The notes: generated by a model not told the origin, from the sequence alone. A DNA stretch of 64,000 nt from an uncultured Gemmatimonadaceae bacterium (GCA_963817955.1 CAWFQK010000002.1:704001-768000); one strand, 5' to 3'; positions 51,941 through 62,532 are shown, numbered from the stretch's first letter. Program-made: numbers and translations.

Positions 51941-52557
51941 TCTCCGACGGCTACTTCTCGGGAGGAGCCGCTGGTTGGATCGAGGTGATCTGCGGCGTGA
52001 TGTTCAGCGGCAAGAGCGAAGAGCTCATTCGCCGCGTACGCCGCGCGATCATCGCGAAGAGAAAAGTGCAAGTGTTCAAGTCCCATCTCGACGAGCGGTA
52101 CGCCGGTATCTATCACATCTCCAGCCACGATGGGCGCTCGGTGGAGGCGGTGCCAATCGACACACCTGAGCAGATCGGACAGCTCATCGAGTCCGACACG
52201 CAGGTGGTGGCGATTGACGAGGCGCAATTCCTCGACGCCACGATCGTAGATCTGGTGACGTCGCTCGCGAACCGAGGTGTCCGCGTCATCGTCGCCGGCA
52301 CGGACAATGACTTTCGCGGGGAGCCATTCGGCCCCATGCCACAGCTCCTCGCTATCGCGGAGGTCGTAGACAAGCTCCATGCGATTTGCGTGATCTGTGG
52401 CAATCCGGCCAGCCGCAACCAGCGCCTCATTGCCGGGAAACCGGCACGGTACGATTCGCCGACCATCATGGTGGGCAGCACCGAGTCATACGAAGCCCGG
52501 TGTCGCGCCTGCCATTCGGTGCCGCGACGCGACGAAGACCAGGTCCGGCTGCTCTGA
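51937..52557 (+). CDS. tdk: thymidine kinase
   Basis: [30 protein letters not shown]...YEARCRAC. Confidence 0.95.
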   Translation: MISDGYFSGGAAGWIEVICGVMFSGKSEELIRRVRRAIIAKRKVQVFKSHLDERYAGIYHISSHDGRSVEAVPIDTPEQIGQLIESDTQVVAIDEAQFLDATIVDLVTSLANRGVRVIVAGTDNDFRGEPFGPMPQLLAIAEVVDKLHAICVICGNPASRNQRLIAGKPARYDSPTIMVGSTESYEARCRACHSVPRRDEDQVRLL

Positions 52558-52590
52558 CACGAGACACGGGATGCCCGTCGCCCCGAGCGA

Positions 52591-53052
52591 TGTCTGTCAT
52601 CCTGAGCGAAGCGTGTCATCCTGCGCGAAGCCTGTCATCCTGAGCGAAGCGAAGGATCTCTGCGACCAAAAGAACAGCATTTACCACAGAGCGGCCCAAC
52701 AGCTTTTAACGCAGAGGTCGCAGAGAACTGCAGAGAACCGCAGAGGACCGTGAAGGATTGTCTCGCCTGGAAGTCTTGGATGATGCCGTCGTGATGCTCC
52801 GATGGTATCGCCCAGGTCGGGATCATTTAACGATATGGCGGAATGATTGTGGACTCTGCAATCACGGTTCATTCCACCAATACGAGCTTCCCTCTTCCGT
52901 ACGCTTGCAGTTCTCTATTGCAGTTCTCTTCTGCAGTTCTCTTGCAGTTCTCCTGCAGTTCTCTGCGACCTCTGCGTTCAAAAGCTGTTCTGCCGGCCAC
53001 AGAGATCCTTCGCTTCGCTCAGGATGACAGGCTTCGCGCAGGATGACAGACA
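52591..53052. mobile_element. palindromic GxxExxY-derived element, copy C (deleted; opposite orientation)
   Basis: Three REP-like units left, two right; stub atgattgtggactctgcaatcacggttcattcc on plus; ~25-nt insertion in the left arm. Confidence 0.8.
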
Positions 53053-53106
53053 CCTCGTGTCTCGTATCGCAGGCCGGTGACCGCTACGGAGCAGTTGTAA
53101 CAGGCG

Positions 53107-55059
53107 TCAGGAATTGGGCGTCAGACTCCGATACAACTGCCGTACGTTGAAACGAACCGGATCCAGCTCGTAGTAGCGATTGTCCTGGAAGCGGCCCGTC
53201 GTCGGGAAGTACGGCGGTGGATTCACCACCGCGCACCGATCGTAGCTGTATCGCTTGACGTAGCCGGTGCCTGTCGACGTGCCCACTGCGCCTCGCGTAT
53301 TCTGAATGAGCCCGCCAGTCAGGTACAGGCAGCCACGCCCGTCGGTCGAGCCCTGGCACCCGATTGCGTTCGTCGGACCGGTGCTGTAACCCTGCACGCC
53401 GAACGAAGTCCCGAGCGCCATGATGACCGCGTGGATGTACATGTCCGGGGTGTCGTCCAGGCTACGGACGATCTGGGGACTGCTGGTCTTCACGTATTGC
53501 GGCGAATTCAGGTCGTTGTCAGCGACGACCGTGTTCGCCCCCGATATGAGCCCCAGAATGTCCACGCATACTCCACGCGACGGATCGTTCGCGTACCGCA
53601 AGTCGTCGAGAATGACGATGGTATTCGGCGAGTACAGCGTGACGTCGCCGCGCAACACACCACTCACACCCACCGTACCGGCCACGTACATCACACCTTT
53701 GGTACTGGTGTTGTACCCCCGATAGAGCGGATAGAGATATTTGGCGTCCCACGTTCGGGCCGCCGCGACCGTGCCGTTCGGCGTATTCGAATAGAGACGC
53801 CACGATCCGAGCGAATCGGCGGGCGTAAACGTGGTGTCGGTGCCTCCGATGTGCATCTGGGCGGCCGTGTAGCCGTGTCCCGCATCGCGCATCACCGCCG
53901 CAAGATGTGGATCGCCGCCAAGGTAGCAGCGCGCGCCGGAATGCTGCATGATGGTCGTCACGCTCGAGGCGCCTTCGGTATGTGCGGCCGAGATGTTTGC
54001 CGTGGTCGCTCCCCCAGCCATGCCGCGTGCAGTCACTGTGTCGAACCAGCGCTGTGTGTGCACGGCGCCCGGGAAGAACTTCGACACACCCGTCGCATCG
54101 TTGTGCCAGTCGCCGCAGTTGAGCAATTGCGCGGATGTCGGCAGGGATGAGGCACTACCAGGCCAGTCCGCACGCAGCCAGGCGGTCTTGTTCGCGTTCG
54201 CCGTATACACCCGGAAGAATCCTTCGTTCGTGCCGAGCGAGTCGCCATTGAGATCGATGTCCGCCGCCACGAACTCGATGCGCGTGCGGACGGTGGTTTC
54301 GTCTCCGGTGGTCGGTGCCGTGAAGCTCATGCCTCCGGTGGCCGCCAGCGCACTGAGGCCGCTGAGCGACGACAGCGACGGCAGCGTGATCGCCCGCTGA
54401 TGCGTCTGAAAGCCGCGGCTGAAGCTACCGTACTGCGACCCCGTGATCGTTCCGGCCGTGCCGACCTGATCATGAAATGTCGCACCGCTCGACAGAATGT
54501 CGATGTCGTCGTTCGACCAGACCGGCCCCCACAATTGGTCTCCCCCACCGAACGAGATGTTCGTGCCCTCGCTGTTCGTCCAGTACGCGAACTTGGCGAA
54601 GCTCTCCTGCGTCAATTCGAGGCGCCTCACGAAGCCGGTCCCATTGGCATCGCGCGCCTCGGCAACGATGCTGGCGAAGCGCCCGAATTGGCCGCTCGTC
54701 GACCCGGTGGGACCCACGTAGAGATTCACCGTGATACCCTTGAGCGCCTGATAGTCGGCCGACACCAGGGTCTTTTGCGTCATCAGCGCCACGTAGCTCG
54801 TATTTGGCAGCGTCGCGGGATTGAAGTTGAGCTCCGCCTTGCCGATGGCGAGCGCCGCTTCGGACGTGTACTTGAGATCATCTTCTTTCTCGTATGCCTT
54901 GCCGAGAAGCGTGGCATTCGCGGTGAGAAAGATCGCCGACAGGGCGAGCGCACCGACGCCGGCCACAAAGAATATTGCAACGAAGAGCGCAATGCCGCGG
55001 CGCGCACGCGCCGCCCCAGCGGCGCCGAATGTGTGGCGCCGACAACGTGTAGTAGTCAT
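53107..55059 (-). CDS. large PilX-like minor pilin/adhesin
   Basis: RRG|IALFVAIFF class III signal without E5; long C-terminal domain ending YSYDR...PPYFP. Confidence 0.7.
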   Translation of the reverse strand: MTTTRCRRHTFGAAGAARARRGIALFVAIFFVAGVGALALSAIFLTANATLLGKAYEKEDDLKYTSEAALAIGKAELNFNPATLPNTSYVALMTQKTLVSADYQALKGITVNLYVGPTGSTSGQFGRFASIVAEARDANGTGFVRRLELTQESFAKFAYWTNSEGTNISFGGGDQLWGPVWSNDDIDILSSGATFHDQVGTAGTITGSQYGSFSRGFQTHQRAITLPSLSSLSGLSALAATGGMSFTAPTTGDETTVRTRIEFVAADIDLNGDSLGTNEGFFRVYTANANKTAWLRADWPGSASSLPTSAQLLNCGDWHNDATGVSKFFPGAVHTQRWFDTVTARGMAGGATTANISAAHTEGASSVTTIMQHSGARCYLGGDPHLAAVMRDAGHGYTAAQMHIGGTDTTFTPADSLGSWRLYSNTPNGTVAAARTWDAKYLYPLYRGYNTSTKGVMYVAGTVGVSGVLRGDVTLYSPNTIVILDDLRYANDPSRGVCVDILGLISGANTVVADNDLNSPQYVKTSSPQIVRSLDDTPDMYIHAVIMALGTSFGVQGYSTGPTNAIGCQGSTDGRGCLYLTGGLIQNTRGAVGTSTGTGYVKRYSYDRCAVVNPPPYFPTTGRFQDNRYYELDPVRFNVRQLYRSLTPNS

Positions 55060-55067
55060 GTTGGTCC

Positions 55068-56237
55068 TCACGGAATGGAGACCGATGATGTGTTGCCGAC
55101 CGGTGAGCTTGCGGGCGTGCAATCCTGCGCCGCCACGCCGTATACCCACACCTGCCCGCTCGTCACATCGGTGTCCTGGAACGAATACGTGGCTGAGCCG
55201 GCAGGCACGCTGGCGAACGGTTGGTCGAACGAAGCCACGCTCTGCAGGCGACGGTAGATCGCGTACCGTTCCACGTCCTTTTCCCCTGCACCGTCGTCCA
55301 CACTCGCGGTCCACGAAATCGTGACGAACGTCTGCGGCACGCTACTGCCGTTGGCCGCCGTGACGGTTGCGGCGGGTGTGACGCCAATTGGCGCTGCACC
55401 ACATGTGGTATGGTGAATGAGACCGGCGTTCATCAGCCGGATCGTCGTCTGCATTCGGCGATAGGTATCGCTGTTCGTGCGCTTGTCATGATACACGCTC
55501 GTGAACTGCACCTTCACCTGACGAATGCTGTCGACGAGCGCAGCTCGGCCCGTATCCGCCTGGGCGCCGTGAATGGGCGCCGAGTGCACGAGCGGCAGCA
55601 GCGATGACGGGATAGCGGTGAGCGCGCCCGTAGTGTCGCTCTTGAAGTACTGGAAGATCGTATCGCCTGTGTTGTAGATGATGCCGCGCGCCACGACCTT
55701 CGCCGGACGCGCGTTCAACCGGCGGAACAGGATGTACTCGTTGCTCCGCGAACTCGTGGAATCGTGTGACAGCCAGTACGAGATCGTCTCGGCATTGCTC
55801 GGTACGCCGACGTTCTGCAGGTAGGTGGTATCGGGGTACTGTCTCGCCATGCCGGGCAGTGTGATCTTGTTCGAGGTGCGCATCACGCTCACGCCGGCGG
55901 AGTCGGCATCGGGATTGATGTAGACGGCGCCAAGATCGCCCGTGTCGAGCGCCACGAGGTCCGCGTTGAACGTCAACGCCACCGCACCCGCTTGAACGAG
56001 CAGGGGCTGGACGTCGGCCACGCCCACACCGGCCACGCGCAGCTCGCGGTCGAGCATCGACAGCGCAAACCGGGAATTCGACTGTGCGTCGAGCCGTCCC
56101 GCCTGCGTAGAAACGGAACTGGACTGTTTCTGAAAGAGCTGCACGCTCAGGCCGACGAGCGTGAGCATCAAGGACATGGCGAGCACCATTTCGGCCAGGG
56201 TGAAGCCGCGGCGCACGCGAAGCGAGGATGGCTGCAC
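55068..56237 (-). CDS. PilW-like prepilin with C-terminal FN3-like domain
   Basis: RRG|FTLAEM; RELRVAG; ISWTAS...YAIYR...YGVAAQD. Confidence 0.75.
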   Translation of the reverse strand: MQPSSLRVRRGFTLAEMVLAMSLMLTLVGLSVQLFQKQSSSVSTQAGRLDAQSNSRFALSMLDRELRVAGVGVADVQPLLVQAGAVALTFNADLVALDTGDLGAVYINPDADSAGVSVMRTSNKITLPGMARQYPDTTYLQNVGVPSNAETISYWLSHDSTSSRSNEYILFRRLNARPAKVVARGIIYNTGDTIFQYFKSDTTGALTAIPSSLLPLVHSAPIHGAQADTGRAALVDSIRQVKVQFTSVYHDKRTNSDTYRRMQTTIRLMNAGLIHHTTCGAAPIGVTPAATVTAANGSSVPQTFVTISWTASVDDGAGEKDVERYAIYRRLQSVASFDQPFASVPAGSATYSFQDTDVTSGQVWVYGVAAQDCTPASSPVGNTSSVSIP

Positions 56238-56247
56238 GAGGTCTCCG

Positions 56248-56637
56248 TCAGTAGGGTGCGATGACGGTGGTCTTTCGCACGGGCCCCGCCAATTGACTGT
56301 TCGTGACCTGCACGGTGACGATCTTGTAGTCAATCGTGTCGGTGACTTGCCCTCCGACGTGTGTCACCCATGTCTGGCGCGAATAGTGGGGGTATCCGGT
56401 CAGCGTCGCCTCGGTGGCCACGTACAGGCTTTCGATTGCCGAATAGCGCGGCGACGCTTTCACGACCTCGAGCCGTTCTGCCGTGAGCTGCGCTGCCGTG
56501 ACGCGCATGCGCGACGATGTGGTCTGCTGCGACAATCGCACGGAGAACAGGCCCAGGCCGAGCATCACACTGCCGAGGATCGATAGCGCGACAATGACTT
56601 CGACGAGTGTCAAACCGCTGCGCGCGGCGCGCATCAT
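56248..56637 (-). CDS. PilV-like prepilin
   Basis: RSG|LTLVEVIVAL. Confidence 0.8.
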   Translation of the reverse strand: MMRAARSGLTLVEVIVALSILGSVMLGLGLFSVRLSQQTTSSRMRVTAAQLTAERLEVVKASPRYSAIESLYVATEATLTGYPHYSRQTWVTHVGGQVTDTIDYKIVTVQVTNSQLAGPVRKTTVIAPY

Positions 56638-57233
56638 TGATTGGCGAGAACCCATTGTCCGGTGCCTGCGTTGAGGCGGTACCAGTCGACGCGCCCCGTC
56701 GCCTGCGTCAGCGTGATGGCGCGATACCAGGGCGGCCCGTGGGCCGCCACCTTGATGTAGATCTCGGCGTCAGAACTCGCCGATCCGTCGCGGTGGAACG
56801 TGACCGTGGGATAGCCGTTCAGCGTGGCGATAGCAGATCCGGTCACCGGAAGGTGGATCGCCGTGCCCGAGACGCCGTGAACCGCTGGATCGGTGAAGAG
56901 AATGCCGACATCCAGCCCTCGCCACGTCAGGTGCTCGGTGGTCGTGGGGAGTCCATCGTTGTTCGCGTCCCAGAACGTACGAATTCGTTCGCCCGTCGTG
57001 TCGAAGCTCACGACCATGTCGTGCTGGCGCGTGATCGCCTGGCGCTGGGCGTACTGCAGTGTGGTACGCACGATCTGCGCGACGGCGTCTGCCCTATACT
57101 TCGTCGTGTCGATGCGCGGAATGGCCAGCGCCAGCGTGATGCCGGTAATGACCAATACGGTCATCGTTTCGATGAGCGTGAATGCGGATCGTGCTGTTCG
57201 GCCGTCGTTTGGGTGCGTGACGATCTGTCTCAT
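56634..57233 (-). CDS. FimT/GspH-like prepilin
   Basis: RSA|FTLIETMTVL; LQYAQRQAI; VTFHRDG. Confidence 0.8.
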   Translation of the reverse strand: MRQIVTHPNDGRTARSAFTLIETMTVLVITGITLALAIPRIDTTKYRADAVAQIVRTTLQYAQRQAITRQHDMVVSFDTTGERIRTFWDANNDGLPTTTEHLTWRGLDVGILFTDPAVHGVSGTAIHLPVTGSAIATLNGYPTVTFHRDGSASSDAEIYIKVAAHGPPWYRAITLTQATGRVDWYRLNAGTGQWVLANQ

Positions 57234-57428
57234 GACGAATTCCAGTAAGCGCTCACATCCAGGACGACAGGATTGCCTGAGAGGCTATCCGGGCCTGTGA
57301 TGGAGATCGTCATGACAGCGGCATGAATCGTCATATTCTGTGGCCTCTCGCCTTGCAAGTAATGCCCGTTTGGGCCTAACCTCTCTTTCACGTATCGCCA
57401 CGCTCCGTCTTTTCGCCGGGCAACTGAC

Positions 57429-58250
57429 ATGGGTGTAATCGCCACGCTGCTCCCGAACGCGACACAATTGCAGCGCCTCCGAACCGCCATTCGCGACCGC
57501 CATCAGTTGGTGGCGTGCGATGACTGGGCAGAACTGCTGCAAGTGTGCGAACGACAACCGGTTCGACTCGCCGTGGTCGACCTATTCGCCGGTGGCAATG
57601 CGAGCTTCGAACGTGTGCGCCACATGAAGCAGCGTCTGCCCCGGCTCACGCTGATTGCGTACGTCACCTTTACGGCAGATCGCGCGCACGAATTGTTCGA
57701 TGCGGGACGCCAGGGAATGGACGGGCTGATCATCGCCGATCAGGACGATGCACCACGCGCGCTGCTCGCCCTCGTCGAGCACGCCGAGTCCAAGAGCCTT
57801 GGCGCGGTTGTCCGGCAATCGCTCGATGACGTCGAACCGACGATTCGCGATGCGGTGCTGCTCGCGGTCACTCGTGCGCATGAGCGTCTATCACCCGAGG
57901 GCCTGGCGCGCCTCCTGGCCCTGCCCCGCCGAACCGTCTCACAACGGCTCTCCGCGGCCGGATACCCGCCGCCACAGCGACTGCTCACGTGGGGTCGATT
58001 GATCGTCGCGGCACATCTCCTCGAAGACCGCCACCGCAGCGCCGACCGCATCGCGCTCGCGCTCGAATTTCCCTCGGGGAGCGCCTTTCGTAACACCTGC
58101 CAGCGGTACCTGCACGCGACACCCCACGACATTCGCGCGCGTGGCGGCGCGGCGTACGTCATCCGCAGTCTGCTCCGGCAAGTCGGTCCCGCCGAGCGAG
58201 CGCATCCCAGCGGGCGCCCCGGAAAACGCACGCTGGCCCTCGCTGTCTGA
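57429..58250 (+). CDS. receiver-like + AraC-like HTH regulator
   Basis: RLAVVD N-domain; LARLLALPRRTVSQRL and IALALEFPSGSAFRN. Confidence 0.7.
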   Translation: MGVIATLLPNATQLQRLRTAIRDRHQLVACDDWAELLQVCERQPVRLAVVDLFAGGNASFERVRHMKQRLPRLTLIAYVTFTADRAHELFDAGRQGMDGLIIADQDDAPRALLALVEHAESKSLGAVVRQSLDDVEPTIRDAVLLAVTRAHERLSPEGLARLLALPRRTVSQRLSAAGYPPPQRLLTWGRLIVAAHLLEDRHRSADRIALALEFPSGSAFRNTCQRYLHATPHDIRARGGAAYVIRSLLRQVGPAERAHPSGRPGKRTLALAV

Positions 58251-58325
58251 CCCAGTTCGTTCCTCCCGCGGCCACCGACATCGGTTACCGCGCGCGTGCT
58301 TCACCTTCTCCCGAGGTCCAATATC

Positions 58326-58886
58326 ATGATGCGACGCCGCTTCACTCCCCTCGCTATACTGCTGTTCATCGGCGCGTGCAGCCTGTCCGATTCCACGGCG
58401 CCGGCGCGTGCAACCGGCACGGCGAATCGGGCGATCAGCGGAGACGACGAACACGATGGCCGTGTGATCCCCGGCTCGATTGGCAAGGCCGGCAGCGCGT
58501 CTGCCAACGGCCAGGACCAGCGTCTCGCCTGCAACGTCCCGGCTCAGCTTTCCGGGTCGGCGATCGTCGGGCCTTCCGGCGGCGAGCTGGACATCGGACC
58601 ACACCGGCTCATCATTCCCCCTGGAGCATTGACGCGGGACACTTTGATTTCCGGCACCGTGCCCCAAGGAGCCAGCATCGAGATCCACCTGGAACCACAC
58701 GGCCTGCGTTTCAACAAGCCGGCTGGGCTCATTCTCGACGTATCGAGCTGCGGCAAGGTGCCGGACATCATCTACATCGATGAGCAGGGCACCATCTCAC
58801 AGCGGATTCGCGCCGTATTCAGCACCTGGTGGCATACAATTGCTGCGCCCATTGACCACTTCTCCATTTACGCGCTGGACGTCTGA
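58326..58886 (+). CDS. putative lipoprotein (ZU5-like)
   Basis: Lipobox IGAC; VGPSGGEL, LIIPPGAL, LEPHGLRFNKP, IDHFSIYA. Confidence 0.7.
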   Translation: MMRRRFTPLAILLFIGACSLSDSTAPARATGTANRAISGDDEHDGRVIPGSIGKAGSASANGQDQRLACNVPAQLSGSAIVGPSGGELDIGPHRLIIPPGALTRDTLISGTVPQGASIEIHLEPHGLRFNKPAGLILDVSSCGKVPDIIYIDEQGTISQRIRAVFSTWWHTIAAPIDHFSIYALDV

Positions 58887-58901
58887 CATTTCAGCGCGGC
58901 G

Positions 58902-59885
58902 ATGAGCGGAATCGACGCGATAAAGACTGGAGAGGCATCAGAGCTCGCGGGCGAATTTCTCGATGCCTCTGCAGCGTATCAATCGGCGCTCACCGACGCC
59001 GATCCACTCGTCGTCGCCGATGCACGCTTTCACCTCGGGCGGGTCAGCTGGCGCCAGGGCCGATACGACGAAGCGGTGACGCACTATGACGCCGCGCGCA
59101 TCGTCACCATGCAGTTGGGCGCGAACAACCTTCGCGCGCGTGTGGAGAACGGACTCGGGGTGGTCCACCACGCGCGCGGTGCGTATGCGCAGGCACGCGC
59201 CAGCTACGCGGTAGCGCTGGACATGACCAGCGACCCGGTACAGCGCGGACGCGTCATGCTCAACCTGGGCGCCATCGCCAACATTGAAGGCGACCTCGAG
59301 AGCGCGCGGCTTCACTACGCGAGGAGTCGCGCGCTCTTTCAAGAGTCCGGATACCGCCGCGGGGAGGCACTTGCCCTGCACAATATCGGTATGCTGCACG
59401 CCGACCAGCAGTCGTGGGACGAAGCCGAAGAAGCCTATCGCCGCTGCCTCGAGCTGCTCGAGCAGGAGGGCGACCGGCAAATGATCGCCAACGTGCTGCT
59501 CAACCGCTCGGAGGTGAGCTGTGCACGAACGCGGTACGACGAGGCGATCGCAAACTGCGATCTCGCGCTATCGATCTACTCCGAGATCGGCGATGAGGTG
59601 GGCCGCGGCGAGGCGCTCCGATGGAAGGGCCATGCGCTTTGGCACCTACCGCGGTTCGAAGAGGCCGACCGAGCGATATCCGATGCCATCCGGATCGCGC
59701 ATCGGACGCAGGTCAAGCTGCTCGAAGCGGAAGCGTCCCGCGACCTCGGCGCCAGCCGCGCGGCGCAACGGAATTGGTCGGGTGCCCGCAAGGCGCTCAC
59801 GCGCGCGCTGGTACTGTTCGAGGAGCTCGGCGCGCAGCGCGAAGTCGCGGACGTGCGGGCCGAGTTGGGGCAGCTTGGCTCCTGA
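58902..59885 (+). CDS. TPR-repeat protein
   Basis: Repeated NLG/NIG ... EA..Y..AL units. Confidence 0.85.
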   Translation: MSGIDAIKTGEASELAGEFLDASAAYQSALTDADPLVVADARFHLGRVSWRQGRYDEAVTHYDAARIVTMQLGANNLRARVENGLGVVHHARGAYAQARASYAVALDMTSDPVQRGRVMLNLGAIANIEGDLESARLHYARSRALFQESGYRRGEALALHNIGMLHADQQSWDEAEEAYRRCLELLEQEGDRQMIANVLLNRSEVSCARTRYDEAIANCDLALSIYSEIGDEVGRGEALRWKGHALWHLPRFEEADRAISDAIRIAHRTQVKLLEAEASRDLGASRAAQRNWSGARKALTRALVLFEELGAQREVADVRAELGQLGS

Positions 59886-60591
59886 GAGAAGCGAAGGATC
59901 TCGATGAACGGCGCAACAGCTTTTGAACGCAGAGGTCGCAGAGAACTGCAGGAGAACTGCAGAGAACTGAAAAAGAGAGCTGAAGGGGGAAGTGTGGGGG
60001 GGCGCTAGAGGCGATTCGCCACGCGGATGATCCCATCTTTCAGTTGCGCAACGTGGAAGTTGATCAACAGGCCAACCTGCCGATTGCTCAGTTTGAGTTG
60101 GGACAGCAATTGGGCTTTGTGGACCAGCAGGATCTTCGCGGCCGCCTTGACCTCGACGATGACACATTCCTCGACCAGCAGATCTATCCGATAGGCCAGG
60201 TCGAGTTCCACGCCGTCGTACACGAGGGGCATGGGAACCTCGCTGCGAACGTTCAGCCCGCGTTTCCGTAGCTCGTGCGCGAGGCAGACGTGGTATGCGC
60301 GCTCCAGCAACCCGGGGCCCAGCGCGGAATGAACCTTGATTGCCGAGTCCACAATCATTCCGCTCACCTCGTTGATGGTCACGACACGAGCGATACCATC
60401 CGAGCGTCACGAGAGCGTCATCCAAGAATTCCAGGCGATACAATCCTTCACGGTCCTTTGCAGTTCTCTGCAGTTCTCCTGCAGTTCTCTGCGACCTCTG
60501 CGTTAAAAAGCTGTCGCGCCGTTCATCGAGATCCTTCGCTCCGCTCAGGATGACAGGCCTCGGAGATCCTTCGCTTCGCTCAGGATGACAG
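59880..60591. mobile_element. complete palindromic element, copy D, with ~90-bp inverted arms enclosing GxxExxY
   Basis: 59880-59969 is a near-perfect reverse complement of 60461-60550; extra REP half at 60563-60591. Confidence 0.8.
60005..60382 (-). CDS. GxxExxY protein (PD-(D/E)XK nuclease superfamily)
   Basis: LGPGLLERAY; YRIDLLVEECVIVEVKA; GLLINF. Confidence 0.93.
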   Translation of the reverse strand: MTINEVSGMIVDSAIKVHSALGPGLLERAYHVCLAHELRKRGLNVRSEVPMPLVYDGVELDLAYRIDLLVEECVIVEVKAAAKILLVHKAQLLSQLKLSNRQVGLLINFHVAQLKDGIIRVANRL

Positions 60592-60669
60592 GCATCATGT
60601 GTCCCGTGTCGCCCTGCGGAGCATGCCCTCGAGCTTGTGACTCCTGTCCAGCACTATTTCAACAGGCTG

Positions 60670-61335
60670 CTAACCGCGCGTCGTATACGCCAGGGTGAGG
60701 AATTCCTCTCGCGTACGCGGATCGGAGCGGAAGAGGCCCCGTAGCGCGCTCGTGATGGTCTTGGAGCTCTGCTTCTCCACGCCGCGCATCATCATGCACA
60801 GGTGGTAGGCCTCGATCACCACGCCCACACCCATGGGGTTGAGCACGTCCTGGATTGCCGTGGCGACCTGCTCGGTGAGTCGCTCCTGCACCTGAAGTCG
60901 CCGGGCGAACACTTCGATCAGCCGCGGAATCTTGCTCAGGCCGACGATCTTGCCGTTCGGGATGTAGGCAATGTGCGCGCGGCCGTAAAATGGCAGCATG
61001 TGGTGCTCGCAGAGGCTGTACAGCTCAATGTCGCGCACCATGACCATGTTGCTCGCGCCATCCGCGTCGAACAGCGCTCCATCGACGATATGAGCGACGT
61101 CCATCTCGTAGCCCCGCGTGAGCCACGCCAGCGACGTCGCGACACGGTCTGGCGTGCGCAACAACCCCTCGCGGTCGGGATCCTCGCCAAGTAGCTCGAG
61201 CTGGCGCCGCACCAGATCGCGAAACTCGTGGTTCGAGGACCCACTCTCAATGAACTCCTCGGGGGAAGCGGTCACGGAATCTCCGGTGAGGGGCATTGAA
61301 TCTTGCATGGTTTCTCGAGGGACGTGGCTGCTCAT
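60670..61335 (-). CDS. folE: GTP cyclohydrolase I
   Basis: [46 protein letters not shown]. Confidence 0.96.
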   Translation of the reverse strand: MSSHVPRETMQDSMPLTGDSVTASPEEFIESGSSNHEFRDLVRRQLELLGEDPDREGLLRTPDRVATSLAWLTRGYEMDVAHIVDGALFDADGASNMVMVRDIELYSLCEHHMLPFYGRAHIAYIPNGKIVGLSKIPRLIEVFARRLQVQERLTEQVATAIQDVLNPMGVGVVIEAYHLCMMMRGVEKQSSKTITSALRGLFRSDPRTREEFLTLAYTTRG

Positions 61336-61433
61336 AAACAGTTGTGGTCGCTATAGCGTTGACGGCTTCTCAATGAGACCCTACCTTGGGCCGCCGGGTC
61401 CAGCCGATATGCGTCGCCAACGAGGAAAATGTC

Positions 61434-62063
61434 ATGCTCTTGGTAGGACTCACCGGTAACATCGGCAGTGGCAAGTCGACCGTGGCGCAGCTGCTATCTG
61501 AGCGCGGCGCAACGATAATCGATGCCGACGTGCTGGCCCGCCGCGCCATGGAATGCGGGACAGCCGGATACGATAAGATCGTCGCCCGTTGGGGAGAGGC
61601 GGTGCTGGCGCCGGACGGTCATATTGACCGGCCCGCGTTGCGGCGCATCGTCTTCGCCGACCAGGAGCAACTCGAAGAACTTAATCAGATCGTTCATCCT
61701 GAGGTCGAGCGCCTCCGGGCGCGTCTCGTGGAGCAGGCGCGGAAGCGCGGCGATCGAATCGTCATTTGCGATATTCCACTGCTCTTTGAACGGCACATTA
61801 CGGACCGCTTCGATCGCATCATCCTCGTGGATGCTCACCGTGCCGTTCGGCTCGAGCGTCTGGTGAAGCATCGCGGGCTACGAGAAACGGAAGCAATGGA
61901 CATGATCGCCGCCCAGATGCCGGCGGAGCTGAAGCGCGCCCGCGCCGACTTCGTCATTGAGAACGGCGGCACGTTGACGCAGCTCCAACGGCGCGTCCAG
62001 GACGTATGGGCGGCGCTGAATAACGAGCTCTCCTCGCCAAGGAACGCGGCGATCGTTCCTTGA
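61434..62063 (+). CDS. coaE: dephospho-CoA kinase
   Basis: GLTGNIGSGKST, IIDAD, IVHP, DIPLLFE. Confidence 0.95.
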   Translation: MLLVGLTGNIGSGKSTVAQLLSERGATIIDADVLARRAMECGTAGYDKIVARWGEAVLAPDGHIDRPALRRIVFADQEQLEELNQIVHPEVERLRARLVEQARKRGDRIVICDIPLLFERHITDRFDRIILVDAHRAVRLERLVKHRGLRETEAMDMIAAQMPAELKRARADFVIENGGTLTQLQRRVQDVWAALNNELSSPRNAAIVP

Positions 62064-62130
62064 CAGTGTTTTTGAAGACGGATAGACTCCGCCGCGCACC
62101 TCCATTCTGTCACTGACTACGGAGCGCGTC

Positions 62131-62532
62131 GTGTCCGAGATCCCGAAGGACCTGCTGTATACCGAAGATCACGAATACGTGACGCCGGCAGACGACAAGA
62201 ACGTCGTCGCGATCGGCATCACAGAGTTTGCGCAGGGCGAGCTCGGCGACATCGTCTACATCGAGCTGCCAAAGGTGGGCGCCACGTTCGGCAAGCACGA
62301 TGTCTTCGGTACCGTCGAAGCCGTGAAGGCCGTGTCGGAGCTCTACACCCCGCTGGCCGGCGAAGTCGTCGCGGTCAACGACCGCCTCGACAAGGAACCG
62401 GCCCTCGTGAACTCGTCGCCATACGGCGACGGCTGGATGATCAAGCTGAAGGTAAAGAATGCGTCGGAGAAGAGCGCGCTGATGAACGCCGACGCCTATG
62501 CGTTGCATCTGGGCACCAGCAGTCATCACTAG
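62131..62532 (+). CDS. gcvH: glycine cleavage H protein
   Basis: YTEDHEY, GITEFAQGELGD, VEAVKAVSE, NSSPYGDGW. Confidence 0.96.
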   Translation: MSEIPKDLLYTEDHEYVTPADDKNVVAIGITEFAQGELGDIVYIELPKVGATFGKHDVFGTVEAVKAVSELYTPLAGEVVAVNDRLDKEPALVNSSPYGDGWMIKLKVKNASEKSALMNADAYALHLGTSSHH

